A DNA stretch of 64,000 bases from NCBI GenBank assembly GCA_963643345.1, contig CAVIJK010000004.1, positions 310-64,309 of the forward strand, read 5' to 3'. Shown here piece after piece: positions 29,960 through 39,435 of this stretch. The notes under the pieces are model-generated. The model made no database searches. It was not told the origin of the DNA and was given only the letters and a program-made list of their open reading frames with translations. Position 1 is the first letter of the stretch. Every line of letters starts with the position of its first letter. The position numbers and the translations under genes were made by a program. Origin of the DNA: a bacterium (GTDB lineage: Bacteria > Bacillota_I > Bacilli_A > RFN20 > CAG-826).

Positions 29960-31324
29960 ATGATAACAATTAACGAAGTAATTGAAACAAACAAGATGAT
30001 TCACGAGATGAATCTTGATGTGAGAACAGTCACATTAGGCATCTCACTTCTTGATTGCATCGACACAGATGTAAATAAAACAAATGAAAAAATTTATAAA
30101 AAGATTACAAACCTCGCAAAAGACTTAGTGAAGACCGCAAATGATATCGGAAACGATTTTGGCATTCCAATTGTAAATAAGAGAATTGAGGTCACCCCAA
30201 TTTCCATCATCGGCGCCTCCTGTTGCAAAACCGTAGAAGACTATGTCTCAATCGCTAAAACATTAGATAAATGCGCGATGGACTGTGGAGTAAACTTCAT
30301 CGGCGGTTATACCGCTATCGTTCAGAAAGCAATGACTAATAACGAAACGCTTTTCATAAACTCAATACCATCTGCTCTAGCGTCAACTGAAAGGGTTTGT
30401 TCTTCGGTAAACCTTGCATCATCTAGGGTTGGCATCAACATGGATGCAGTCAACCTAATGGGGCAAAAAATCAAAGATCTAGCTTATTTAACTAAAGATA
30501 CCGATTCAATCGGCTGCGCTAAGTTAGTCGTATTTTGCAATGCTCCGGATGACAATCCGTTCATGGCGGGGGCATTTCATGGAATCTCCGAAGGGGATTG
30601 CTGTATCAATGTTGGTGTCTCAGGTCCCGGCGTTGTTAAAAAAGCCTTAGAAGAAGTAAAAGGAGCAGACTTTGAAACACTCTGCGAGACAATCAAAAGA
30701 ACCGCTTTTAAGATTACCCGCGTCGGACAACTTGTAGCCAAAGAGGCTGCCAAGAGGTTAAACGTTCCATTCGGAATAGTTGATTTATCACTTGCGCCTA
30801 CTCCTGCAATCGGAGATTCAATTGGAGAAATATTCGAGACAATGGGTCTAGAAAAAGCCGGTGCACCCGGTACAACCTGCGCATTAGCAATGTTAAATGA
30901 CCAGGTCAAAAAGGGTGGAATCATGGCTTCCTCATCTGTTGGAGGATTAAGCGGAGCCTTCATTCCAGTATCTGAAGACCATGCGATGATTGAAGCTGCT
31001 GAATGCGGTTCATTAAGCCTTGAGAAACTCGAGGCGATGACATGTGTTTGCTCAGTCGGATTGGATATGATCGCAATACCTGGCGATACCAGCGCAGCCA
31101 CTATTGCCGGCATCATTGCAGATGAAATGGCCATCGGCATGATCAATTCCAAGACCACCGCTGCTAGACTCATTCCAGTTTACGGCAAAGGTGTTGGAGA
31201 AAAAGCCATTTTCGGTGGTTTGCTAGGCGAAGCCCCTATCATGAAAGTCAATTCCTATAGATGTGATGAGTTTGTCTCTAAAAAAGGAAAAATTCCAGCT
31301 CCGATTCATTCGTTTAAGAACTAA
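29960..31324 (+). CDS. UPF0210 / DUF711 (PFL-like fold) family protein
   Basis: 454 aa. N-terminus [28 protein letters not shown] and overall sequence are typical of UPF0210. Starts 3 nt after the ACT gene. Confidence 0.85.
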   Translation: MITINEVIETNKMIHEMNLDVRTVTLGISLLDCIDTDVNKTNEKIYKKITNLAKDLVKTANDIGNDFGIPIVNKRIEVTPISIIGASCCKTVEDYVSIAKTLDKCAMDCGVNFIGGYTAIVQKAMTNNETLFINSIPSALASTERVCSSVNLASSRVGINMDAVNLMGQKIKDLAYLTKDTDSIGCAKLVVFCNAPDDNPFMAGAFHGISEGDCCINVGVSGPGVVKKALEEVKGADFETLCETIKRTAFKITRVGQLVAKEAAKRLNVPFGIVDLSLAPTPAIGDSIGEIFETMGLEKAGAPGTTCALAMLNDQVKKGGIMASSSVGGLSGAFIPVSEDHAMIEAAECGSLSLEKLEAMTCVCSVGLDMIAIPGDTSAATIAGIIADEMAIGMINSKTTAARLIPVYGKGVGEKAIFGGLLGEAPIMKVNSYRCDEFVSKKGKIPAPIHSFKN

Positions 31325-31407
31325 AGTAAGCAACACGTAGTTTATCTCGAGCGCACAAGATATTAAACTATTAGGTAATATGACGGTTTTAACCGTGGCT
31401 AAATAAT

Positions 31408-33096
31408 ATGAACGCAAAAAATCTTTACAAGAAATGGGTTAAACACCCAACCATGGACGAGGCGTTGTTCAGTGAACTTAAGAATATGAACGATGCCCAG
31501 ATTGAGGACTCTTTTTATCGTGAACTCGAATTCGGAACAGGCGGTTTGAGAGGAGTTATCGGTGCTGGCACCAACAGGATGAACATCTATACGGTTGGAA
31601 AGGCATCGCTGGGCCTAGCTAAGCACATCCTTACAACAATCCCCGAAAATGACCGCAGCGTTGTCATTGGTAGAGATTCAAGGATCAATAGCGATTTATT
31701 TGCCAGAGTAGCGGCCGAGGTTTTCGCATCAAACGGAATTAAAGTGTATTTCTACAAAGAGATTTTCCCGGTACCAACCGTTTCTTTTGCAACAAGATAT
31801 CTAAAAACATCCTACGGCATAATGATTACGGCCTCACATAATCCATCAAAGTACAATGGTTACAAGGTTTATGGTGGGGATGGCTGCCAGATCACAAACG
31901 AGACGGCGGATTCGATTCTTTCAAAAATCAACGCGATCAACGCATTGAGGTTGCCTGAAAGAAAAACATTCGATGAATATATGTCAGATGGAATGATTGA
32001 ATACATACAAGATGAAGTTATCGACAAATATATCGAAAACGTGAAATCGCAATCGTTGCTTGGTAATGAAGAAGTGAACAAGAATGTTTCCATAGTTTAC
32101 TCACCACTCAACGGAACTGGACTTGTTCCTGTGTTAAGAGTGCTTAATGAGTCAGGTTATACAAACATCACTGTGGTTAAGGAACAAGAACAACCAGATG
32201 GCAATTTTCCAACATGCCCGTATCCAAACCCAGAAATTAAAGAAACTCTCGCTTTAGGCCTCGAATACTGCAAAAAGCACGATGCTGATTTGATGATCGC
32301 AACAGATCCTGATTGCGATAGAGTAGGTATCGCTGTCAAAAATACTGAAGGTGAACACGTCTTGTTGACAGGAAATGAAGTAGCGCTTCTTCTCCTTAAC
32401 TATATTTGTGAAAGAAGAAATGCTTTAGGGACGATGCCAGAGCACCCAATTATGGTTAAATCAATAGTTTCTATGGATTTAGCGGATAAGATTGCGGAAC
32501 ATTACGGCGTAGAAACAATCAATGTCTTAACTGGCTTCAAATACATCGGAGAGCAAATCGGTAAACTAGAATCAGAAGGAAGGGAAAATTCCTATATCTT
32601 TGGATTTGAAGAATCATATGGCTATTTAACCGGAACATATGTTCGAGACAAAGATGGCGTCAACGGAGCCTCCATGATTGTTGAAATGTTCGCATATTAC
32701 AAAACTAAAGGCATATCTCTACTGGATAAATTGGACGAGATTTGGAAAGAATATGGCTATTGTATGAACACGCTTCATTCCTACGAATTCAATGGTGCAA
32801 AAGGCATGGAGAAAATGAATGCAATAGTCGATTCGTTTAGAAACATTAATGACCGTTTTTGTAATCTCCCAGTTATAGAGAAAATCGATTACTCTAAAGG
32901 TGTTAACGGCCTTCCAAAATCGAACGTCGTCAAACTTTCACTGGCCGGAGGATACTCTCTTATAGTGAGGCCATCCGGAACGGAACCAAAACTTAAGGTT
33001 TATATATCCACTAAAGTTGACACAAAAGAAAGAGCCAGAATCATTGAGGCAAGGCTCACCCAGTTAATAAAAAGTTATTTTAGTCAAGGGATTTAA
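31408..33096 (+). CDS. pgcA: Phosphoglucomutase / phosphomannomutase (alpha-D-phosphohexomutase)
   Basis: 562 aa. Phosphoserine loop TASHNPSKYNGYKV, metal loop ATDPDCDR, sugar loop GFEESYG. Confidence 0.92.
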   Translation: MNAKNLYKKWVKHPTMDEALFSELKNMNDAQIEDSFYRELEFGTGGLRGVIGAGTNRMNIYTVGKASLGLAKHILTTIPENDRSVVIGRDSRINSDLFARVAAEVFASNGIKVYFYKEIFPVPTVSFATRYLKTSYGIMITASHNPSKYNGYKVYGGDGCQITNETADSILSKINAINALRLPERKTFDEYMSDGMIEYIQDEVIDKYIENVKSQSLLGNEEVNKNVSIVYSPLNGTGLVPVLRVLNESGYTNITVVKEQEQPDGNFPTCPYPNPEIKETLALGLEYCKKHDADLMIATDPDCDRVGIAVKNTEGEHVLLTGNEVALLLLNYICERRNALGTMPEHPIMVKSIVSMDLADKIAEHYGVETINVLTGFKYIGEQIGKLESEGRENSYIFGFEESYGYLTGTYVRDKDGVNGASMIVEMFAYYKTKGISLLDKLDEIWKEYGYCMNTLHSYEFNGAKGMEKMNAIVDSFRNINDRFCNLPVIEKIDYSKGVNGLPKSNVVKLSLAGGYSLIVRPSGTEPKLKVYISTKVDTKERARIIEARLTQLIKSYFSQGI

Positions 33097-33307
33097 TAAT
33101 CGATGGCTAATCCGTAGACTATTCGAATTCTAATCCGATAGCCAAAACGCATTACCCATTATCGTAGTTAATCGTTCCTTACGAACCCTCAATAAAAAGG
33201 TTAAATGAAAATTTGATAAGAGAGATCGATAAAACCGCTTTCAACTCTTCAAACCCGTATGCGTGCGTGATAATCTAATGTACGCAAATGTAGATTGGAG
33301 ATACATA

Positions 33308-34834
33308 ATGGCAAAACAAGAAATACTCGTATTGGACTTTGGTAGCCAATACAACCAGCTGATTGCTAGACGTATCCGTGACCTCGGAGTTTTTTCCGAA
33401 TTGGTTTCCTATGATATCAGCATCGAAGAAATCAAATCCAAGAACGTCATGGGTATCATTTTCAGCGGCGGCCCAAATAGTGTCTATGATGAAAAGTCAT
33501 TTCGTTGTGACCCGAAGATTCTTGAGCTTGGGATCCCTGTGCTAGGAATCTGCTATGGAATGCAATACTTGTCCTACATCTCAGGAGGTAAGGTTGTTCC
33601 TAGTACAAACCGCGAATATGGCGGTAAAAATATCACATTCAAAGACGGTGTCTTATTCAAAGGATTACCTGAAACTTGGCAGGTTTGGATGAGCCACGGC
33701 GACTCAGTTGTTGAATTACCTGAAGGATATGAGGTGCTCGCTAGCACGGATGATTGCCCAATTGTTTCTTTCCAAAATCTCGAAAAGAAATTATTCGGCG
33801 TTCAGTTTCATCCAGAAGTCAACGACTCCATTTATGGAAAAGAGTTATTAAGAAACTTCATTTACGAGGTCTGTGGATGTGAAAATTCATGGAATATGGA
33901 TGCCTACATCCAGGAAAAGATCGAAGACATAAGAGCAACTGTCGGAGACAAGAAAGTTCTCCTCGGCGTTTCGGGAGGAGTAGATTCAACAGTTGCGGCA
34001 GTCTTAATCAACAAAGCTATCGGAAATCAATTGACTTGCATGTTCATTGATCACGGACTTTTGAGAAAAGACGAGGGCAAAATCGTCATGGATAGATTCA
34101 ATAAATTCCATATCAACGTCGTCCCGATTGACGCTTCAGAACTCTTCTTATCTAGACTTGCCGGTGTAACAGACCCTGAACAAAAAAGAAAGATTATAGG
34201 AAACTCATTCGTCGAGGTTTTCGATAAAGAGTCTTCAAAGCTCGGTGAATTCGATTTCTTAGGACAAGGTACTCTATATACAGATGTCATTGAGTCAGGT
34301 ACAAAGACCGCCCAAACAATCAAATCACATCACAATGTCGGCGGACTTCCTAAATACATGAGAATGAAGCTTCTCGAACCACTTAACAAATTGTTCAAGG
34401 ATGAGGTGAGAGAGCTCGGAAGAAGACTTGATGTGGACGAGGAGCTCGTTTCTAGGCAACCATTCCCTGGACCAGGTCTTGCAATTCGTATCATCGGAGA
34501 TATCACAAAAGAGAAGATCAAACTCGTTCAGGATTCGGACTTAATTCTAAGAGAAGAGATCAAACGCGCTGGATTAGAGACAAAGATTTGGCAGTACTTC
34601 ACTGTTTTAACAAATGTCAGATCGGTCGGCGTTATGGGTGACCAAAGAACCTATATGTACACTCTTGCATTAAGGCTTGTTAACTCAATTGACGGAATGT
34701 CTGCTGACTACTTCAAACTTCCATATGATGTCATCGATATCATCTCAAGGCGCATCGTTAACGAGGTAAAGGGTATTAATAGGGTCGTTCTCGATGTCAC
34801 AAGTAAGCCTCCGGCAACTATTGAGTGGGAGTGA
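33308..34834 (+). CDS. guaA: GMP synthase (glutamine-hydrolysing)
   Basis: GATase domain (ICYGMQ, HPE), PP-loop SGGVDS, and C-terminal dimerisation domain ending [11 protein letters not shown] 33308 ([15 protein letters not shown]) is preferred to the ORF-track start 33263. Confidence 0.97.
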   Translation: MAKQEILVLDFGSQYNQLIARRIRDLGVFSELVSYDISIEEIKSKNVMGIIFSGGPNSVYDEKSFRCDPKILELGIPVLGICYGMQYLSYISGGKVVPSTNREYGGKNITFKDGVLFKGLPETWQVWMSHGDSVVELPEGYEVLASTDDCPIVSFQNLEKKLFGVQFHPEVNDSIYGKELLRNFIYEVCGCENSWNMDAYIQEKIEDIRATVGDKKVLLGVSGGVDSTVAAVLINKAIGNQLTCMFIDHGLLRKDEGKIVMDRFNKFHINVVPIDASELFLSRLAGVTDPEQKRKIIGNSFVEVFDKESSKLGEFDFLGQGTLYTDVIESGTKTAQTIKSHHNVGGLPKYMRMKLLEPLNKLFKDEVRELGRRLDVDEELVSRQPFPGPGLAIRIIGDITKEKIKLVQDSDLILREEIKRAGLETKIWQYFTVLTNVRSVGVMGDQRTYMYTLALRLVNSIDGMSADYFKLPYDVIDIISRRIVNEVKGINRVVLDVTSKPPATIEWE

Positions 34835-34852
34835 TATTTGGAGGTTCAGCAA

Positions 34853-35425
34853 ATGAAAGAAGTGCAAAGAAAAATTCTTAAGGATGGGGTCATCATAAAT
34901 AACGACATCCTTAAAGTTGATTCATTCTTAAATCATCAAATCGATACCGCCATGGTCGTTAGAACTTCTGCGTATATTGCGGCACAATTCGAGGATATCG
35001 ACAAGATTGTCACGGTAGAAACCTCGGGTATCGCATACGCAATAGCGGTCGCGATGGCATATGGAAATATACCGGTTGTATTCGCTAAAAAGACCAAAAG
35101 TGCAATCATGGATTACTCTAATGCATACCACGCAGCAGTTAAATCCTTTACAAGAGGCACGGTTTCGGAAATCTCGGTTGATAAAAGATTCCTTAAGGAA
35201 GGCGAAAGAGTCTTGATAGTTGATGACTTCCTTGCCGAAGGTAATGCGTCAATTGGGCTTGTCAACCTTTGCAAACAAGCGGGCGCTGAAGTTCAGGGCG
35301 TTGCAGTCATCGTCGAGAAAAGGTTCCAAGGCGGCAGAGATAGGCTCGAAGCTATGGGCATCAAAGTCGTTAGCTGTGCGAGCATTGCAAAGTTTGAAAA
35401 TAACAAACCAGTCTTTGCTGAATAA
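34853..35425 (+). CDS. xpt: Xanthine phosphoribosyltransferase
   Basis: ~190 aa. PRPP-binding loop VLIVDDFLAEGNA and Xpt-like N-terminus. ATG 34853 follows GGAGG; the ORF-track start 34838 is TTG. Confidence 0.9.
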   Translation: MKEVQRKILKDGVIINNDILKVDSFLNHQIDTAMVVRTSAYIAAQFEDIDKIVTVETSGIAYAIAVAMAYGNIPVVFAKKTKSAIMDYSNAYHAAVKSFTRGTVSEISVDKRFLKEGERVLIVDDFLAEGNASIGLVNLCKQAGAEVQGVAVIVEKRFQGGRDRLEAMGIKVVSCASIAKFENNKPVFAE

Positions 35426-35452
35426 GAAATAAGGCATACATAAAACGAAACT

Positions 35453-35485
35453 AAAAAGATGTGATTCAAAACCACATCTTTTTTC
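35453..35485. terminator. Bidirectional terminator between xpt and the lipid kinase gene
   Basis: AAGATGTG (35456-35463) pairs with CACATCTT (35473-35480). A-run upstream and T6 downstream. Confidence 0.8.
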
Positions 35486-35555
35486 TTAATAAGGCAAGCA
35501 CAATGATTCTCTCTCGTTCAGAATAAATTTTTTAGTATCCTATATTGTGAGTTTT

Positions 35556-36488
35556 TTAATTGTACTTTTTCTTATGTCTAAGAATTTCCTTAGGATCTAC
35601 AGGAGCAATTTTTGATTTGAAGTATCTTAATTCGTTATGTACAAGTTCCACTGTTATCGGAAACAAATCCGAAATCTCACCGTCGAGATTAACCCTAAGC
35701 CTAGGTTCCAAATCAATTTCCACTTTATGACATGGATAGTATTTAACAAGATTTGTCTTGTATAAATCGCCTTTCTGGAATTTTAAGAGCAAAGGGAGCA
35801 ACCTTAGTTTGCTGAATTTACGGATAACGGAGAATTCCATGACTCCATCATGCGGATCAGATTTCAAACTGAGTGGAAGCATGCCACCACCCCAAATGCC
35901 ATTTGTACAGTCAAACATGAACATATCTTGTGTATGTTCTTCCCCGTCGTCGATTTTGAATTTTATCTTCTCGAATTTGCATTTGAAGATAGTGTGTAAC
36001 AAAGCAGCACTATAAGAACGCTTATCTGAATATTTTTTGCGCATCTCTATTTCTTTTTCTAGCAAAAGAATATCAAAACCAGAGCCAACAACATTGAAGG
36101 CCTTTAATTTATTGTTAACGATCATGTAATCAAGATAAGTTGGTTCTTGTCCAATGATGTTGTCCAAACATTGATCAATATCGATTGTTATGCCAAGCGT
36201 TCTAACGAAATCATTTCCTGTTCCGGCAGGGATAAATCCGATTGGAACCTTCTTTGTATCCATGCCATTAAGAACTTCATAAAAAGTTCCATCTCCGCCC
36301 ATGACTATAATTGCTGTGCAATCAGCGGCTTCAGACGCCTCTTTTGCAAGTGAGATAGAATGACCTGCATATTCAGAGACCATCAACCTATATTGAACTC
36401 CTCTTTCCTGCAATTTCTTAATTAAAGTTTCGATGGCGCCTTCGCCAATCTTGGATTTCTTTTTACCGGAAGCAATTACATAATACAT
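35556..36488 (-). CDS. Diacylglycerol/lipid kinase, YegS/BmrU/DagK family
   Basis: 310 aa. DAGK catalytic motifs IIVMGGDGTFYEV and PAGTGNDF. Confidence 0.88.
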   Translation of the reverse strand: MYYVIASGKKKSKIGEGAIETLIKKLQERGVQYRLMVSEYAGHSISLAKEASEAADCTAIIVMGGDGTFYEVLNGMDTKKVPIGFIPAGTGNDFVRTLGITIDIDQCLDNIIGQEPTYLDYMIVNNKLKAFNVVGSGFDILLLEKEIEMRKKYSDKRSYSAALLHTIFKCKFEKIKFKIDDGEEHTQDMFMFDCTNGIWGGGMLPLSLKSDPHDGVMEFSVIRKFSKLRLLPLLLKFQKGDLYKTNLVKYYPCHKVEIDLEPRLRVNLDGEISDLFPITVELVHNELRYFKSKIAPVDPKEILRHKKKYN

Positions 36489-36756
36489 ATTGCGTTGATT
36501 ATAAAGTGTTTGCGTTGAATTTTTAATAAATATGTGTCAATTGAACGATATTCTACCATTAAAAATGGCCTTTTTGCGTTTGCAATTCAGCATTCCTTAT
36601 CTTGTATACGGCATTTCTTATTAAATATTTTTTTGATCAAAATCTACCTTAGCAATACGAGACCGGCATTAAACTTGTTATTGTTTAAACAAATAACCAT
36701 AATTTCAAAAATTTGCGCTCAATTTAAATCCATTACTTGATGTTAATCGATTCGTT

Positions 36757-36848
36757 TGTGCCAAAATGTCGATTTAAAATGTGCCAAAATGTCGATTTAA
36801 ATTGTGCCAAAATGTCGATTTAAATTGTGCCAAAATGTCGATTTAGAT
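36757..36848. repeat. Four abutting 23-bp direct repeats TGTGCCAAAATGTCGATTTAAA(A/T)
   Basis: Units at 36757-36779, 36780-36802, 36803-36825 and 36826-36848. Units 2 and 3 are identical; unit 1 differs at its last base and unit 4 at one base (TTTAGAT). Each unit holds two AAA(A/T)TGT submotifs 10 and 13 bp apart. Non-coding, between the lipid kinase promoter region and ssrA. Confidence 0.95.
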
Positions 36849-37008
36849 ATTGATTGATACATTGACTTGTCTTAAAAATTAGGAAACAGGAAGCAACCGA
36901 AACTTAAATTTTATTTTAGCCGACGAGTAGAAATGAATCGTTCCTCTTTTTTTGAAACGCAATTTAGCGAAACAACATGCCAATTGTTTTTTTGTATTTA
37001 CTTTTCTT

Positions 37009-37036
37009 TTGGATTTTGGAAAACCATCACTATAAT
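37009..37036 (+). promoter_or_regulatory. Candidate ssrA promoter
   Basis: TTGGAT (37009-37014), 16-nt spacer, TATAAT (37031-37036). It would give a ~30-nt 5' leader to be removed by RNase P. Confidence 0.4.
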
Positions 37037-37072
37037 ATCTTCACCAATATTGTTGATTGGTACAAGACATGT

Positions 37073-37474
37073 GGGGCCGTTCCGGTTTTGACGGGGGGTC
37101 TGTCCGGCCTTGGTTGCAGCGGCGTGATGAGCCATAACATCAAAAAAACAATAACTGACAACAATTCAGTAAAACCTTGGATGCTTGGTGCAAACCACGC
37201 AGCCTTCGCTCGCGCTTAATCTAGCCTCGATATAGAGCCCGCCTTTTGCGGGGGAGCAAGTCATACCACCATTTCTCGTCTATTGGCGGATATGGCTTAA
37301 TATCAAGACGATAAGCCTTGGCCATTGTTCGGTGACCTAGGACGAAAACCTTACGAACGCCGTCAGAGGAAGACCGATCTTGCCGAGCCTCTGATGTACA
37401 GGGCAAGACCTAAGCTGTAGACGCCACCGTTGGGGGTCCTTCGGACAGGGGTTCGATTCCCCTCGACTCCACCA
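37073..37474 (+). ncRNA. ssrA: tmRNA (SsrA), ~402 nt
   Basis: 5' GGGGCCGTTCCGGTTTTGACGGGG pairs with the 3' tRNA-like end GGACAGGGGTTCGATTCCCCTCGACTCCACCA. The internal tag frame 37157-37219 reads GAC AAC AAT ... GCT CGC GCT TAA, giving (A)DNNSVKPWMLGANHAAFARA. The resume codon was placed by analogy to the B. subtilis AAUAACU context. Confidence 0.93.
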
Positions 37475-37486
37475 CTTAAACTATAT

Positions 37487-37517
37487 AGGTCTGATACTTT
37501 GTACCAGACTTTTTTTG
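37487..37517 (+). terminator. Terminator after ssrA
   Basis: AGGTCTG...CAGACTT hairpin followed by T7. Confidence 0.8.
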
Positions 37518-37886
37518 TTCCAAAAAAGCCATATTGATCATTTTTAACTGATAATCTATTGGGAGAAATCAGAGATGGGATATTAGGTTTTGCTTCGACG
37601 AATTATACGATTTTTTTAAGGGCGCTAAACAATAACACGGTTATAGGTAGAGTTCTAAATTTTTACACGATTTACACGTTAGTAATACAGGATATCGCAA
37701 ATTTGTAATATTTAAAGTAAAATAAGAAATGTAAGAAAGCTAGTAAATTTTTATGTTGGTTTAATAAAAGAGATCTGCAGAGAGAATCTTGATTTACGGA
37801 AGATATAAGATTTGCGGAAATGTGTCAGCACTGCCGAGGCAAATATAATTATGACATCGCTGGAGACACAAAAAAGGAGCTCAAAT

Positions 37887-38756
37887 ATGAAAATATCTAT
37901 TAAATTTTATAATGATAAACCAGTAAGAGCGGTTTGGTATGAAGACGAAAATCAATGGTACTTCAGTGTCTTAGATGTTATTGGGGCAATTCGTAATGAA
38001 GACGATTATGAAAAAAATAGAAATTACTGGAAGTATTTTAAAAATAAATTAAAAAAAGAAAACAGTGAGTTGGTTAGTGCGACTACCCAACTGAAGTTAG
38101 AGGCTAAAGATGGCAAAAAATATAACTCCGACACCTTGAACTCAAATGGAATAATTTTGTTGGCAAAAGAATTTCCATCTAATTATGGTTCGAAATTTTT
38201 AGATTGGTTTACTAATTCGGATAATTCGTTAGATGGAAAAAGCAAACAAAAAGCATACGATTTGTTCGAAAGCGATTTGTTGGAAACTTTTGAAGTCGGA
38301 ACGGTAAAAGGATTACAACAAATACATGCTTATATTTTTGCGGGTTTATTCGATTTTGCTGGACAAATAAGAACCAAAACCATTTCCAAGGGTGGATTCG
38401 TTTTTGCTAATGGAGAGTTCTTGCCGCAAACATTAAAAGACGTTGAAAAAATGCCTGATTTTGATTTAGATCAAATATTAAACAAATACATCGAAATGAA
38501 TATAGCTCATCCATTTATGGAAGGGAATGGAAGATCCGCCAGAATTTGGCTAGATATCATTTTAAAAAACAGGCTTCATAAGTGTATTGATTGGTCCCAA
38601 ATTGACAAAAACGAATACTTGGCCGCAATGAAAGATAGCCCGTTGGATGATAAGCCAATTAAAAATCTGCTTTCATCCGCTTTGACGGACAAAATTTGCG
38701 ATAGAGAATTATTTATGAAAGGAATCGATTATTCGTATTATTACGAAGAAGAGTAG
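37887..38756 (+). CDS. BRO-N (DinD/antirepressor-type) domain fused to a Fic (AMPylase-type) domain
   Basis: ATG 37887 follows AAGGAG. The N-terminal ~110 aa (PVRAVWYEDENQWYFSVLDVIGAI ... LKLEAKDGKKYNSDTLN ... FLDWF) resembles BRO-N. The canonical Fic motif HPFMEGNGRSAR is at 38508-38543. The C-terminus is IDYSYYYEEE. Confidence 0.85.
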   Translation: MKISIKFYNDKPVRAVWYEDENQWYFSVLDVIGAIRNEDDYEKNRNYWKYFKNKLKKENSELVSATTQLKLEAKDGKKYNSDTLNSNGIILLAKEFPSNYGSKFLDWFTNSDNSLDGKSKQKAYDLFESDLLETFEVGTVKGLQQIHAYIFAGLFDFAGQIRTKTISKGGFVFANGEFLPQTLKDVEKMPDFDLDQILNKYIEMNIAHPFMEGNGRSARIWLDIILKNRLHKCIDWSQIDKNEYLAAMKDSPLDDKPIKNLLSSALTDKICDRELFMKGIDYSYYYEEE

Positions 38757-38785
38757 ATTTTTTAAACAAATCGGAGAAATGATAT

Positions 38786-39007
38786 ATGAAAGACGCAAGA
38801 GACGATAAATTTATTGTAAGTGTAAAAGTGGGTCCTAAAGGTCAAATTACTGTTCCTGCTGAAGCTAGAAGGATGTTTGACATACAAGAAGGCGATACCT
38901 TAATGGTTGTGGGAGATAAAACAAAAGGCCTTGCTTTAGTTAAGGCGGATGTTTTTTACCAGATATTTGGGGAGTTCGGGAACGGGAACGACAATAAAGA
39001 CAATTAG
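38786..39007 (+). CDS. AbrB/MazE/SpoVT-type DNA-binding domain protein
   Basis: 73 aa. [32 protein letters not shown] is the swapped-hairpin SpoVT-AbrB signature. SD GGAGAAA upstream. Confidence 0.8.
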   Translation: MKDARDDKFIVSVKVGPKGQITVPAEARRMFDIQEGDTLMVVGDKTKGLALVKADVFYQIFGEFGNGNDNKDN

Positions 39008-39435
39008 TTTAACTAAAGCTTATAAAGACATTGTTGCGGTCGACAACTTAAATTTAGAAATCAAGAAAGGCGAGTTATTTTCGCTTTTAGGTGTAAATGG
39101 TGCTGGCAAAACGACAACGATAAAAATGCTATAAACACTTACAAAGCCAATGAGTGGTGATGCTTTAATTGATGGATATTCAGTGAATAAGGAACCTGAC
39201 AAGATTAAAGAATTAATAGATGTATCTATGTAAGAAAACCGCAATCGCAAGAAAGCTTACGGTAGAAGAGAATATAGAATTTTATACTAAGCTTTCAGGT
39301 ATGTGATTCCCAACTCAGGGATTAAGTGATGGTATGATAACATTCATGATGGTAATGCCATTTAAGAATGCCACAATGGTAGTTCAAAATATAATTACAG
39401 GTATAGATAATTCATCGAGCTTTTTATTTTCATAA
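38994..39435 (+). pseudogene. Decayed ABC transporter ATP-binding gene (ABC-2/bacitracin-type), possibly fused to the tail of its permease
   Basis: No start codon. Walker [10 protein letters not shown], then an in-frame TAA at 39132-39134 where the MLxxLxKPxSG motif continues (TLTKPMSGDALIDGY). A frameshift near 39230 restores KKTAIARKLTVEENIEFYTKLSGM. The signature and Walker B regions are deleted after ~39302. Confidence 0.8.

Noticed and set aside
33097-33307. A purine/guanine riboswitch upstream of guaA-xpt.
   Set aside because: There is no match to the conserved junction elements (UAUAAU…GGAUAUGG…UUUCUACC…CCGUAAAU). Only a -10-like TGATAAT is seen.
36757-36848. Could the 23-bp repeat array be a CRISPR array?
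   Set aside because: The repeats abut directly with no spacers. There are only four units, no cas genes are in the window, and the unit is shorter than typical CRISPR repeats.
36977-37406. ORF-track entries 36977-37219 (+, 80 aa) and 37221-37406 (-, 61 aa).
   Set aside because: Both lie on the tmRNA gene. The first is read-through into the tmRNA tag frame and the second is antisense to the structured RNA.
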